Source: Eledone cirrhosa (lineage: Eukaryota). From it: a DNA stretch of 64,000 nt. Within the stretch, counting starts at the first letter, position 1, and each line of letters starts with the position of its first letter. Below the pieces are notes generated by a model. It was not told where the DNA came from. It searched no databases and saw only the letters and a program-made list of their open reading frames with translations. Made by a program: the position numbers and the translations under genes. The stretch spans positions 372,001 through 436,000 of the forward strand of contig OZ024746.1 in NCBI GenBank assembly GCA_964016885.1, in the 5' to 3' direction. Positions 1 to 13,715 of the stretch are shown one piece after another.

Positions 1-534
1 ACTTCGAAGAAAGTTTGTGGTAAAAACAAAAGGAAATAATCCAGTGCTTTACAACAGGAGCTAATGTGTGTTGTGGACCAGTATTTTGAATAAAATCGGG
101 AACATATATTAGTGTGGTATTTTTCAGCCACGTTGCTGTAATATTTTCAATGGCGTACTGGAGATCTCCGTTTTCACTTTCAAAACAACAATCAACGTCA
201 GACGAAATTTGGAAATATAAACATCAGATTCATTTGAAGATAAATCACTAATATTATCGTTTGTTTCTTGTTTATTCTGAATGACGTCGTGTGTAAAAAC
301 TTCAGTCGGTATCGCTACTTTCACAATCCATGTTGATAGAAAAAAAAAGATTTGTTGCATTTTCAAAGTTTAAAAAACACGTTTTAAGTTGTTCCACTGT
401 ATTAAGTGTTAATTTTCGCGGAAAAGGCCTAATCTCGCAGCAGTCTCAAATTTACAAGATTTTGATGGTTTGTTTATTTTTAGAACAATTTTTTTAGTGG
501 GTGTTTTCAGGCGGTTTGAACACTAAAGGGTTAA
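1..534 (-). mobile_element. 5' end of a degenerate piggyBac-like DNA transposon (runs off the window start)
   Basis: Terminus reads TTAA|CCCTTTAG on the minus strand (531-534 = TTAA). It is followed by an acidic N-terminal ORF (124-366) and a frameshifted 'VPDFIQNTGPQHTLAP..KALDYFLLFLPQTFFE', which resembles the start of the piggyBac/PGBD transposase domain. Confidence 0.6.
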
Positions 535-989
535 AATGGTTTTGTTTCCTAGGACCAAAAACGGGTTGAGATTTTTCTTTGTTTACTGTTAAAGGGTTAA
601 TTTGTAGCTACTGATTGCTGTATTCCTAACATGGTCAACATAAGTTCAGTCTATTAGCAGTATTTTATTTTAAAGTTAGTTTTCAATATTGAGTATAAAG
701 TGTTTTATTAGAGTTCTTCCAATCTTACTTATCGTGGCTGAAGTAATGCAAATAGGATTTCTGATACTTTTAATACCAAACTTCTTGATTCTAGGATATA
801 AAACTGTTTTAATGTGTATATCTAAAATAAATCTTTATTGTTAGTAACAGGGTTCACATGGCTATTATAAAACCATAGCAAGTATCTTGGATTTATTTTT
901 ATGTATGAAAAAATAGTAATCAGTTAGAATGTTAGTTTAGTATACAGGTTTCAGCCTCTAGGACAATTTTTTAAGTGTTGTATAAAAAA

Positions 990-1520
990 TGAAAAGTTTT
1001 CAATGCTAGCTTTCCTTGCTTGGTCATTGATGCAAAAGGGAGTTGATTGCTGCTGCCCTTATGCTGTGGGTTCATCTGGAATCTTAGAAAGAATGTTGTC
1101 TCTTGAAAACATCTACATGCACACCATATAGGATATTTTGACAGCTTATTAAAGAGCTGGGGTCCTTTGAATGGAAGTCTCTGGCAGCATATGGTCCTTA
1201 TTCTTGATTCAACAGATAGGATCATTGGCACTACAGTGGTGGGCAGTTGTCTGAACATTGCTGTTATTTCGGTGATATCATCATGACACTTTGTATCATT
1301 GCTCAGGTCTTGATTTTGACTCTGGGGATTTCGATTCTTCGTGGTCCAGTGTACCTTTGTTGTAGTGGTTCTATGTTTGTGAGTTGTTAGCAGAGCGGAG
1401 CGCTTGAAACTTATCTGCATGTTGTCTTCAGCCCATCTGTATATGGCATCTATATTTTGTAAGAGTAGCATCAGCTGGTTTATTGATTGCCTGTGCTACT
1501 TTTGTGTCATCAGCATAGCT
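990..1520 (-). mobile_element. Degraded CR1/L2-group LINE reverse transcriptase fragment
   Basis: Minus-strand 'YADDTKV' near 1500-1520, then 'IDAIYRWAEDNM' and 'LPFKGPQLFNKL'; frameshifted. Confidence 0.6.
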
Positions 1521-2699
1521 AGTATATATATGTGAATGTATCACCCTTGCAAGCAGGGAAAAGCGGGCGTAAATTGATGTATGTATATAGAAATATATAT
1601 ATGTCAGAGAAGCTCAAAGCATGCTAAAAATCCTCAACACATCAGGAATTCAAAACAAACGAAATACTCATCGAAAGTTTGTCAAGAACAGTGAGGGTCG
1701 CAAAGCATAAATAGTTAAAATGAAGAAAAACCAAGGTTATCAACTTCAATCTTTTTTAATTTTTTTTTTGTTTCTACTTTCTTTTATGTGTGTGTTATGT
1801 CAGGTCACTCTCCAGCGCTACTGGTAATGTAACCCAGTACAACCTGTGCATGCTTGGGTCATCGGCAACCCTACCAAGCTTGCTTGGTAGGGTTGCCGAT
1901 GAACTTGGATACCCTGTGAGGTGAAAGACGTAACTTGTCAAAGGCCGTCCAATAAAGTTTTTTTTTGTGGAGCAAGAGACTAGTCTTCATTAAGATATCT
2001 CTCTAGAAGGTCACTGATATAAAGCCTGTGACTATCCAATGATGTAGACCAGTTCTTTTTGGGTAAAAACATTCAATGTTCAGAGTGGAATTGGTTCCAT
2101 TCAAAGCCTTTTTTTCACTTAAAAAAAAAAGCGTGAAGCAATAGTATTGCTTGCTGGCTATAGATAGTCCCTAGCAGGACTAATAAGCCATGTCCTTCAT
2201 GCTTAAGTATCACGTGATGGTGTTACTCGAAATCAAATTGCAGCCATCATATGTGTATATATATATGCTGATTGTTACCTCTTGTCAGAAGAGTGCCATC
2301 CCTTCATTGAAGATTGCACAATAATGTGCATGCAGTTGATTTTTGAAACACACTTTTGTTTTGCAGGTACATTCACAGATGTGACACTTTAAATATCTCT
2401 TGAGGAGAACTGGCTGGTGTTCTACCATGTCTGGTCAGTCCACCCACTTACTTGCAAATGTGCCGTCTGTGTGGCAGTTGATCCATCTCACAATTGGCTC
2501 GTGTGATTTCAGATGGTTAATTAAACCAGCCCTTGTTAGAAATTGGCAACATTAGTTGCACCTCAATTTCTGCTGGATTTTAGTAGGCACTACACTTGAG
2601 TCCTGCTTAAGTGACTGCTTCAAAACATCATGCTCCATTTGCTTTTTCTCCAAGATATCACATCCATATTTGATCTTTTTCCATGATGTATGGCCTTGA

Positions 2700-4170
2700 G
2701 CCAGTCCTCCATATCAATCTTCAGAGCTTTAGACATCCTTAAACTGCTTTGGTTTATGCTGTGGCCTTTTCCCTTTGGTCAGTTTTTTAAGTAGCCTTCC
2801 ATTCTCCATCCTGACCACAACCAGCCCAATGCATCTGGTTCATAATAATTCTCCTCTCAATACTCGTTTTACCTACTTTCTCAAGTACTGCAGTATCAAG
2901 TGTGTAAGAGGACCACTTTATGTTCAGGATGTATCGAATACAATGCTGATGAAATCTTTCCAACTGCCTGTAAGTTGTCCACATTTCGCATCTGTATAGC
3001 AGGACTAAATATATATATGTATGTATGTATGTCTATATGGTTAGTGTATCTCTGGGTTGATTGAGTTGCTGAATAGGATGGTGTCTACGTACTCCAGATA
3101 GGTGGTAATTCCTGAAGGTAACGTCACGGACCTTGGATATCAGATGGTTGATGACACAATTGAAAAGGTTGGTGGCAGCCGTGCAACCCTGCTGTTGATG
3201 GGAACCAACTTTTGGCATTGCTATACAGCTATTGGAACGGTGATTTGGAGAGGCGCACCAAGCTGGAGAATTTTTCAGTCGCGTACGTAGTTGACCATGT
3301 TGTCGCCCTTCCGTTTCCAGAATAGGAGGATAGTGGGTTGGGTCCACTTATTTGGGAGCTGCTCTGACACCAATGGTTGATACAGGTGAACCACTGGATC
3401 ATGTTATCTCCGCGGCAATAGTGAAGACTCTAGGGACTTTGCGATTTTTGAGCTTCTTCGGGGCAGTTCTGACTTGCTAAGGAGTGACTGGATCTACAGC
3501 TGAAGAGCTCCTTCCAGTGTTTGAGGCTGGTGGTGATGTTGCCATTGGTATCCTTCACCAGGGCTGTCTTGATTCGGGGACCACTACAAGCTCTGTGGAG
3601 TGTGTTGAATACCTGGCTACGGCTGTTGTAACCCGGCCCTTGGCTTCCAGTCATTCATGACATCACAATCATCCTGACATCAATGCTACCATATCTTTCT
3701 TCCACCAGGCTCTCTCCAACCGACCCATCCACCAATAACAATGGTGACCACCTGCTACGCCTCTGCGTATAGCCGACACCTGGTCCTTGTAGAGCCTGTG
3801 TGGTTACACCTGGAAGGCAATTGAAGTAGAAGTCTTTGACAGTTCTCTGCTGTCTGTAGGGCATCGGCAATGATGACAGTAATCTTCCCAAAACTGGAGG
3901 ACAAGAAATGGTCACTCACCGGGTTCCAGCTGATGAGTGACTTACTGACACACTTGGGCATGGCCAGTGCCACACTGCAGAGGCCCATCCTGTCGTCGGC
4001 CACCCATGCTGGAATGTCCTGTCTGTGGGGAATTCATGTGGGAGCATGCAGGGGTCTGTTCCAATGTTGGTCCTCAGAATAGTCGGATGATGGAGCTGCC
4101 ATCTTGACGTTGAGGCGATAGTTCACTGTTGATCTGGAAGTCCCAGGTTTACAGAACACACGACCAGACC
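2700..4170 (-). mobile_element. Degraded RTE-clade LINE fragments (RT C-terminus and APE endonuclease remnants)
   Basis: 'CEMWTTYRQLERFHQHCIRYILNIKWS...MHWAG' (2787-2984). Upstream remnants include 'ALVKDTNGNITTSLKHWKE' and 'KITVIIADA'. Confidence 0.6.
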
Positions 4171-4814
4171 CATGTATGTATCAATTTGTGTTTCTCCATA
4201 TTTGTCAGATGAATCCTCTAGTACTCTTCTACTTGTTTCGTTTATTAGGTTCAGCTTTCATCTCTGCCCAAGTCTTTGGGTTTCTTTTTCACTTTCAACT
4301 TCTGCTATTTATATGGGGATTCCTTCATTGTAAAAATGTGGTAGTTCCATTCTTATTTGGGTTAGAATGTTTTCAAAACTGCCTCCCCCACTTCTAAAAC
4401 TAAATCTGTGGCACCTTCCCAAGTTCTGTAGACACTGTTAGGTGTGCTTTTATGTGTGTAGATTGGGTGTTTGTCTGCCTCAGTGATTATCTTGGGTCAA
4501 TATGCTATTAGCAATAACTTCTGATGGATTCATTGAGAATACCAGTGTGACATTTCTTGGGGCAGAGCTGTGTATAAACACAGTTCATTTCTAAATTTGG
4601 AGTGATATAGAGGAAGAATTGACCACAGTAGTGGACTGGTACTTCTTTTATTTATCTTGAAAGTTAAAGATGAACTCAAGAGCCAGAAGGAATACTGCCA
4701 AACATGTTAACAACTGGCAACTCACTGCTTCAATAATAGTAATTCACTTGTTTTGACCCATGGAAGGTGATATGATGCAACAATACTGTAGATAGGTTCA
4801 TAGAAGGTATGAGA

Positions 4815-5500
4815 TGGAATTGTTCCTGCTTTCCCAAAACTAAGTAACTAAAAGGGATATTAGGTGTCGGGTTTATTTAGCAAGAGAGGAAGCAGAAAAA
4901 TAAGTGTTCTAAATTACAAGGCAGTTTTGTAGTAAGAGGTGTGTATGGAATGTCAATGGTATAATCTTAGGAAGAATTAGGAGAGGTTGTGGAAGAGTGA
5001 AGGGATACCAGAGTATCCAAGTTGATTGTTGTGTCATAGCAAATGTAAAGGATATGTAACGTAGTTCATCAGGGATAATTAGTGACATGAATAGCAATAT
5101 GGTTAACTGGTACAGGGGTGATGTGATAGAATACAGCATCAAATTGCTGAACCAAGTTATGGGGGTCACGGATTGCAGAATTTATCTTGATGAGAAGGCG
5201 ATTGGCTTAGTGTCTGGGACAAGCACAAATGTCACCTTCCTTGTGATGTAACTGCTGAAATATTTTGCTAAGAGTAAGTCCCTTTACCTAGCATTCATTG
5301 GTCCAGATAAAGTTTTACAATTCAATAATTTTGTGGTCATTGAGGAAACTAGGAATAAATGGCTTGTGAGAGCTTTATAAGCTAAGTGCAGAGGTGCGGC
5401 TAGTAGTTCAGCAAATTCAACATGCATCAACGCACAGTTCTCAGCACTCTCCTGATTATTGTAGTCCAGAAGGTCAAGACCAGTTGCTTGAAGGATCACC
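4815..5500 (+). mobile_element. Highly degraded RTE LINE RT fragment
   Basis: Residual similarity to the RTE copy at 22.3-24.4 kb (aactggtacaggggtgat.., catcaaattgctgaaccaagttatg, gagtaagtccctttacctagcattcattg). Confidence 0.5.
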
Positions 5501-5595
5501 TGCATACTGACCATTGACCTTTCACCCCCAAGCAGCTACACATTCTTTTCCCCCTTGCCTTCCAATTCTCTCTTATTAGCTTTTTCTTTGCCCAC

Positions 5596-7085
5596 TTATT
5601 CCTGAAAAGGTTGTGGGGGCAGAGTCCTCAAAGATGTCCTGTCAGAAGCAACCAGCTGAATCCCCCACGCGATACCAGCCAAGCTCATGGATGATATCCA
5701 ACCATCTTGCTTTGGGTCTCCTGCTGGAGGGTTTTGCTGGTAAAATCTGTTCGATTCTTTCCTGAGACATTCTAACCACATGCTCATGTGATCTCTCAAT
5801 TCAGAGAAGTAGTAGCTCTACTTGGAGTGACTCTCTGATCTCCAAGCTCCACACTCTATCGAGTAACGTTACTCCAAAGACCCTTCGGAGGAACCCCATT
5901 TCGGCTTCTTGTATTCTTTCAGTCATTACCCAAGATTCATGAGTAAGGTAAGGGCTGGCACAAAAACCGAATTGAAGACAGTGAATTTGGTTTTTACACC
6001 TACCTCCCTTTCGATTACTGAATGAAGCTGGTGCATTACTGCACCAGCTTCTGCAATTTTTGCACTTAATTCAGCTTCCATCACTCGTGAACGCATCCCT
6101 GAGACACTTGAACTTCTCTACTTGCTTCAGTGGAACTCCATTTACATGTAGCGTGCACTGTGCTAGCTTACTTGAGAGGACAAGTGCTGATATTCATTGC
6201 AATGCAGCAATCAGCATCAAATCTATTGCGTGCAAGTCAGAAATCATCTGTTGAGTTAAGCAACACCATGTCATCTGCAAATTCCAGCCAACTGACTAAA
6301 CCCACCAGTCATGGTACCACTTTCAACCCGGTTGTGTATCTGTCTTCATGTAAATAATGAACAGGACAGGTGACAGTACACACCCTTGGCAGAATCTGAC
6401 ACCCACATTGAATGGTTTTGATTTAGCACAATTTATCTGAACACAAATACTCAGGCATTCATATAGAGACATCAGGGCAGCTAGAAGCTACCATCAATCC
6501 CATACACCTGCACGAGTTCTGAGGAACGTTGTCCTACCTTCTCAGCGTTGACAAAACAGGATTATACTTCTTGGCAATACTCTCCTGATTTCTTGAATAC
6601 CTGCTGCTGTGTAAATATTTGGTCAGATGTGTTGCGTCCAGGGCGAAATCCAGTTCATCAGCTAGCTTGTACTCTTGTGACAAGACATTTAGCATAGACT
6701 TTACTAGAGAGGCTAACAAGGAGATCCCTCTGTAATTGGAATAATCGCTGTCTCCCTTTTTGAAAATTGGGATTGCTTAACCTAAAAATACTCCCATGTC
6801 TTAACTTTGGATGCTTGTAACGCAAGTGCAATAAGGACTTATTTCCAAGCCAAGCTTTGTAAGCCTCCTTTGCTAGGATGGCATTGTTGACCTCTTGATT
6901 GAACCAAGGTGTCTTCAGTGTCACACCAAGCCTCTTTTTGTCTGAAACAGAAACTGCTGCGCTGAACAATTCCTACTCCGACTCGACACCCTCAGTTTGC
7001 TCGGAGTTTTCTGAATTTGGATGCAATAGTATCTGCAACACTGACTTCCTTATCCAATAATGCTTCTACTTAATCCTGTAGGTCG
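5596..7085 (-). mobile_element. Degraded RTE-clade LINE (third family)
   Basis: 'GVTLKTPWFNQEVNNAILAKEAYKAWL', 'QGCVLSPVLFIIYM' near 6350-6390, and a C-terminus 'LRTLPPQPFQE*' nearly identical to the copy at 62527. Confidence 0.65.
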
Positions 7086-7258
7086 CTATTAGCTCCTATT
7101 GAATTTGGGAATCAGTGGTATCGATACACCATCTATAGGACATCAATTTGTGGTGGTAGGGAGTTAAGGTGTTAACTGCAAAAAGAAATATTTTCTCGTC
7201 CCAAATTTAAACAGCGAGATAGGATAAGAAAAGAAAAAAAATGACAAGCTGTGTAAGA

Positions 7259-7264
7259 TTTATT
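7259..7264 (-). promoter_or_regulatory. Candidate FEZ polyadenylation signal (AATAAA)
   Basis: Minus-strand AATAAA followed ~20 nt later by a U-rich tract. It ends a ~2.5-kb stretch downstream of the FEZ stop in which I saw no TEs. An alternative AATAAA lies near 8230-8235. Confidence 0.45.
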
Positions 7265-9766
7265 GAAACAACCATAAGTTACAAGCATGCAATGTTCATG
7301 AAGAGCAGCACTGCACATTAAAATATAGACTCAACCAAAATGGATGTCACTGCAATAAATTAATAAAGACCAGTTTACAATTTTCTCCCACAGGAGATAT
7401 GAATTAAGACTTATTTCAAAAGTAAATCACTTTCCTGTTAAACAGTTTAAGCTGTGTTATTTTGTTCTTCCTGGTAGTCTAAACTGACATTGCCCACTGT
7501 ATAGTCATATGTTTCAATTGTCAGTGGTCACTCTTATACTCTCTCTCTCTATATATATATATAGAGAGAGAGAGAGAGTCTATCTTATCTAAATAATATT
7601 TGGCTAATTAAACCCAGTCACAGTTACTTCTTTTGAAATGGAGGGTTTGATATAGAGATTATATCTTGAGATTCTGTAGTTGTAAAAGAAGTCAACCCTG
7701 CAACTAAAGTGTCAGGTGTTACATCACAACAATTATTAAATGATCATATTTTATATTGGTTAGTAGTAAGTGTAATTAAACGGTCATACTTTGTATTGGT
7801 CACTAGTAATGTTAGTAATATCTATTGTTAAAGTATTTAGTAGTGGTGATAACTATTGTATGTTAAACAGTCATACTGGTGGTTTTGAAGAGAACTGGAA
7901 TATGCAAAAAGTTTCCTTTCAATTACTGAATAAGAAATAAAAAAAAAATATATATATATATAAGCTGGCATTATGTTATTTACAATATAGATTATTGTTT
8001 CTCCAAATTAGGTTATCACAAATGTAAGCAAATAGATTTGTGATCAACAAAATTTTGCTAAAAATATAAGGAATTATTGAGAAAAATAAGTTTTTTTTTT
8101 TTCTTCAGTAAACAAAAGCTAAATAAAACAAGGCAGTTTTTAGAAATCAGCTCTCCCCTTGTTAAAGAAAATGAAACACAAATATGATCATAGTTCTACA
8201 CCAAATTGACATCCTTGGGCTAAAGAGCCTTTATTTAATGTTCTGCTGTAGACAGATGGCTATTCTATGGTGATGTATTGGTAGTGTCTTGTTCTCTAAC
8301 AGTGTATCACTGCTAACAATAACAAGATAACCAGCTAGTAGTTATACAAGGCAAGCACACTTAGGTGACTTTTTCAATGTCCTTAGATAATAAAAAAGTA
8401 CAAAGAAGTCAGTAAACATATAAATGATAAAGAACTGTTGTGGATAAATAATGTTTTTTCTCCTATATAAATCTGTATATTTTGGTTGACAGGCACAGTC
8501 CTAACTTGGTCACTTAACATACTTTGAGTGTCTTTACTGGAAAAAAGATAGTCGTCAGATTATAGAGTACAAAAAATATTGGACTGATGTAGTCGAAAGG
8601 AGAGTAGTTTAAAGTAAGCGTAAATTGCACGAAAATCATTTGAAAAAAAAAAATCTAAAGCCATACTGTATGTATGATATTAGACAATAATATAGATTTA
8701 TGTGCCAGTGTGGCAGGGAGAAGATCCTGACATGACAACATGAATGTATAAAATATATAACAAATGAAACAACTTTGAAGAAAAAGGGAGTGAGAAAAAG
8801 TTCAGAAATATAGCAACATAAAAATGTAAAAGAAATTTTTACTATAATAATTAGACAGCAGTTAACTTATCTTATTTTCAATGTCAAAAATAAATAAAAT
8901 TTTTTCATCCATTTCACTAACAGTTATAATCAAAACCTATCTTGGATCTCCCAAAATAAAGTTTGGTCGGTGTTCTAACTGGAAGAAAGAATTTTCTGCT
9001 GTTTTTTGTTTTGGATTAGATAGAATATATATGTTAGAATGAGCTAAAATAACACAAGTCATACTAGAAATAATTCCAAATGTTAGCAAAGCTACTGCCA
9101 TTGTTGTTTGTATTTATATCTTTAGCAAGTGGGCAGCAGCAGCACTTCATCCATTTAAATGCAGAGTCAATTTGAAACAAAATCCGCAAATTGAAATCTA
9201 GAGAAGTGTGCATGAACCAGATTGAAACTATCAACAGTGTTTGTATCCACATATTTCAATAAAACCAAAATAGGTTGACATCAAAATATATGGATTAAAG
9301 GATGGTGTGTCGGTCTGGATAATGCATATCACTCAAAGTAATAACTCATTTGAAAAATACAGGCATATAAAGTGAACTCTGCTATACAGTTGTGGTAGAG
9401 ATATAAAAAAAAATATATTGCATGCTTGTTGTTCTTACTATTACCATCATCATCATGTTTTTAAATAATCAAATTTAGTAGATTGTTCTAAACAAAATCT
9501 CCCCACTTCAATTGTGTATCAGGATATGAATGCCAAAATATAAGTTTTTTTGCTAAATAGGCTGCAAATGTTGAGTTTGGCCAGAGAGGAGAATGGCAGA
9601 AGATAGAAATCAGCAAAAAATGACGACAAAGACAAAAACTAAAAAAAGAGGTGACACAGTAGAGTTGCTGTACTATAAAACAGGAGGCATTCTCAAGCTG
9701 TCAACGACAGTGTACACAGCCTTTTCTCCTTGCTGCCAAGTGGGTGATGCAGGCCTTACAATTACT

Positions 9767-9783
9767 CTACGTGGGGCAGAGAA
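9767..9783 (-). CDS. FEZ: FEZ/UNC-76 family protein, terminal coding exon (V)LCPT*
   Basis: attatttctattttcag|TTCTCTGCCCCACGTAG. Phase 1 matches the previous exon and gives the conserved FEZ C-terminus ILKVLCPT*. Confidence 0.93.
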
Positions 9784-11862
9784 CTGAAAATAGAAATAAT
9801 TTCATTTGATGTTAAACATTTGAAAAATTAAGAGAAAAAAAGATTAATATTTTATTAAACTGCTGTGATTTATTAACTGATCAGCCTATATGTATATAAT
9901 CTGTTAGTTCCAATATTTTGCACCATACTAATGGATCCTCCGTCCTAAGTTATGAATTGTATTTCAAACACATTCTGCTTCTATTTGATATATTTCTTTA
10001 GTCCTCTGATGATTGGGAAGTATATATACCTATATATAGATAATTGGAAGTATCGCTCCCTTGAAACATATATAAGGAATTAAAAGATTATTTTTTCATC
10101 TTATACTTAATTATATATATATACACATAATGAATCAAAACATCAAATATGTTAGAATTTTGTTTCTCAATAAGCTCACTAGACATCTAGAGCTGTTACA
10201 AATTTCTACAGCTGTGTGAACTAGAATAACATGAAATAAAGTGTCTTGCTGAAGAACACAACACACTGGTCTGCCCAGGGAATCATTATATATATGTTAT
10301 TTTATGGTCTGAGTTCAAATCCTGCCAAGGTTAACTTTGCCTTTAATCCTTAAGGGGTTGATAAAATAAAGTACCAGTAATACACTGGAATAATTGCTGA
10401 CCTTGTGCCAAAAGTAAAAAATTATATATGTTACTCCAGTTCACTCTGCTGTATCAGCCATTGCCATCCCCTTGGACATCAGTGGTGTGGAGACTGGTAT
10501 GTATGGCTGACTGATGGTCACTCAAATTTATATATGTGTGTGAGTGTATAAAGCTGTGTATATATATGTTCTACTAAATATTTTATTTTAAAAGTATATT
10601 GTATGCATGTTCTCCTTATACTCAAATAGTTCTTCTGGGTGTGGTTGTTCTCTCTCTACACAATTCCTTTATCTTACAACATCCACTCTCAGACCTACAG
10701 AGTCAACACAATTCACCACACTTCATCTTACTCTATTAACTCTATGGAAATAGTTTAATAAGAACATCAAATATTTTCTCTAATATCAAATAAATATGAC
10801 TTTTTCTTAGTATTGTAAAAACATTTTCAGGATTTTAAAAACTTGTGACATTTCAGAATTTTTTTTTATTTTTTTTTTTACTGTTTAATCAGGGAGGGAA
10901 GGGTAGGGTTCATGACCCTTTTCAGGGAACCCCGAGACGGAGGAAGGTATTCTTAAATTGGGGATCTAACCTGAATGTTTGCAACTCAGGGGAATCTACT
11001 AAAAGGACCCAAGGATCATGTGGCGGTGTTAAACTAGACAATGGATTAAGCCTAGCACCTTAATCCAAATCTACCTTAGAAAGTCACATTGTTCTGAAAT
11101 GTATTCAGTCCCAGGTCACCATTTCCCAGTGAGATTTGAATGTAAACAACTGGAATAAACATGGCAAAGAATATTGTCTGATCAAACAATTCTGTTAATC
11201 CATCCTTTATCTTATCAACCTTAAAAGGATGAAAGGCAAGTTGACTGTGGCAGGAACTCAAAGTAGAGAGCTGAAACAAAGATCAGTAGACATTCTGTCT
11301 AACTCTGTAATAACTGCTGGTGCCATGATAAATGCCAGCCACATTCAGCAAAGTGTGGAAATGTATTTAGTCACAGTTCCAGTCCACTGGAGAGAACAGT
11401 GGTTCTAATTAATTAAACCATCTTAAAGAGTGAGTGGAAGTGGGGTAAGAAGAGGAAATGTGTGACATCCGACTAAGTAGCCTCCACCTGGCCGACAGAA
11501 TACATTGCCCCGGAGGATGGCGAGGGAGATGCACTGGAACAGCCACTCCCATGGGACTCACACCAGCCAACTTTGATAGCAGGGATGTGATACAAGGGTC
11601 AACTCTGCCCCTTCCCCCCATAACAGTGGTCCAGGAACACTGGAAGTCGCCACAGCTACAGGCTTTACTACGAACCTATCAGAAAGTGGGCAGTGGTCTG
11701 ATAACCCATACAGCCATTGCTGGGAATGTTAAAGCTGATTGACACTTCTCTTCTAATGGAAGTGGAAAGAGAGGGACTGTAATGATAGTGGAGAGAGAGA
11801 GACTATAATGATAGTAATGGTAACCATATAATAACTGTTGAGAAATAGAGTGGTATTGTTAC

Positions 11863-11928
11863 CTTTCAAGATGTAGTCAGTCAACAATGTTGGAACTTGG
11901 CTACTGTCATCATTGATTGCTTGCAAAA
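11863..11928 (-). CDS. FEZ: FEZ/UNC-76 exon (66 nt) ILQAINDDSSQVPTLLTDYILK
   Basis: gttttag| acceptor and |gtaac donor, phase 1 to 1; carries the hallmark FEZ motif VP.LLTDYILK. Confidence 0.95.
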
Positions 11929-12270
11929 CTAAAACAACAGATTATAATTAAATAACAAAATTTAAAAAATTGTATTATTAAGAAGTATTGAGTGAATTTT
12001 GAATATACTCTCGGTTCCCAAATAATTAATCCCCCATTACTTATTCATTTTTCAAAATGTTTTCCATGATGAACAAACTCCATGTGAGAAGTCAAACAAT
12101 GGAGTTTCAGATGTAGTCCAGTTTGGGGCCCTTTTATTACAATACTTCTAATAAAACCCAGGGCCTATAATTTTCAAAATAATTGAGATTAAGCAATATA
12201 ATATTATTAATGTTGTGTTTGGCATATCACAAAAGTCCTTGGATAAAATTATGATGGAAGGTTTTTAAAT

Positions 12271-12491
12271 ATACAAGGTGAGTATAAAGTCTTTCCCTGA
12301 TTATAAAATACACATCTTGGATACTATTTCAGATTTTACTTTTTCATTGTTTTAATTTATAAATTTCAAGTTTTTCCAAACATGTTTTACATTTTCTCTT
12401 CTACAGGAAGTAGTTGTAATAATAACAAAATGTCATCTTTGAAACAAAAATCTGTGTTTTGTGGTTTCAAAAACTTTAGGTTCAACCTGTA
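12271..12491. mobile_element. Possible Tc1/mariner-type MITE
   Basis: Ends tacaaggtg... and ...caacctgta, with TA dinucleotides at both termini. Confidence 0.35.
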
Positions 12492-12699
12492 TATATTTTT
12501 AAACAAATAGTTTGCATAGTAGAACCAGGAGTGGTTTCAGGTGGTTTGGTATCAAAAAGTTAATCTATTCAGGACTTCATATTGTAGGCCCCTTCAGTCA
12601 TGGTTTTGCACTTAGAAAGTTCCTCTCTGAGGCACAGGCCTGGGTAATGTGTATTTGTGGAAGACCAGTAGTCACCCATGAATACCAGCCTCCCCTCTC

Positions 12700-13616
12700 C
12701 ACACCACCAATGTTGTCTAAGGTAAAGGCACAGACTGATACAGTTTGGCACCAGTGATGTCACAACTCAATTCTACAGATGAGTATACTGGAGCAACATG
12801 AAATAAAGTGTCTTGCTCAAGGACACACACAACACATCACCCGGTCTGAGAATCAAACTCACAACCTCCTGATAGTAAACCCAACGCTCTAACCACTAAA
12901 GTGTCTTGCTCAAGGACACAACACATTACCCAGTCTGAGAATCAAACTCACAACCTCCTGATAGTAAACCCAACGCTCTAACCACTAAAGTGTCTTGCTC
13001 AAGGACACAACACATCACCCAGTCTGAGAATCAAACTTACAACCTCCTAATAGTAAACCCAACGCTCTAACCACTAAAGTGTCTTGCTCAAGGATACAAC
13101 ACATCACCCAGTCTGAGAATCAAACTCACAACCTCCTGATAGTAAACCCAATGCTCTAATCACTAAAGTGTCTTGCTCAAGGATACAACACATCACCTGG
13201 TCTGAGAATCAAACTCACAACCTCCTGATAGTAAACCCAACGCTCTAACCACTAAAGTGTCTTGCTCAAGGATACAACACATCACCCAGTCTGAGAATCA
13301 AACTCACAACCTCCTGATAGTAAACCCAATGCTCTAATCACTAAAGTGTCTTGCTCAAGGATACAACACATCACCCAGTCTGAGAATCAAACTCACAACC
13401 TCCTGATAGTAAACCCAATGCTCTAATCACTAAAGTGTCTTGCTCAAGGATACAACACATCACCCAGTCTGAGAATCAAACTCACAACCTCCTGATAGTA
13501 AACCCAACGCTCTAACCACTAAAATGTCTTGCTCAAGGATACAACACATCACCCAGTCTGAGAATCAAACTCACAACCTCCTGATAGTAAACCCAACGCT
13601 CTAATCACTAAGCCAT
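12700..13616 (-). mobile_element. tRNA-derived SINE whose head is amplified into a 9-copy, 89-bp tandem array
   Basis: Units start at 12808, 12901, 12990, 13079, 13168, 13257, 13346, 13435 and 13524. The reverse complement matches the SINE head at 57368 (A-box TGGCTTAGTG, B-box-like GAGTTTGATTC, CORE-like gtccttgagcaagacactt). Confidence 0.85.
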
Positions 13617-13715
13617 GATTTGATAATTCAACTAATAACTTGAAAACACTGACAATTTCTTTTCTTTAAACAAAGCCATATAGAACGGATTATGTAATTA
13701 TGTAATAAAACTTAC

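Noticed and set aside
12805-13616. CRISPR-like or tRNA-gene array
   Set aside because: Units are contiguous with no unique spacers, the context is eukaryotic, and they are SINE heads without a complete cloverleaf.
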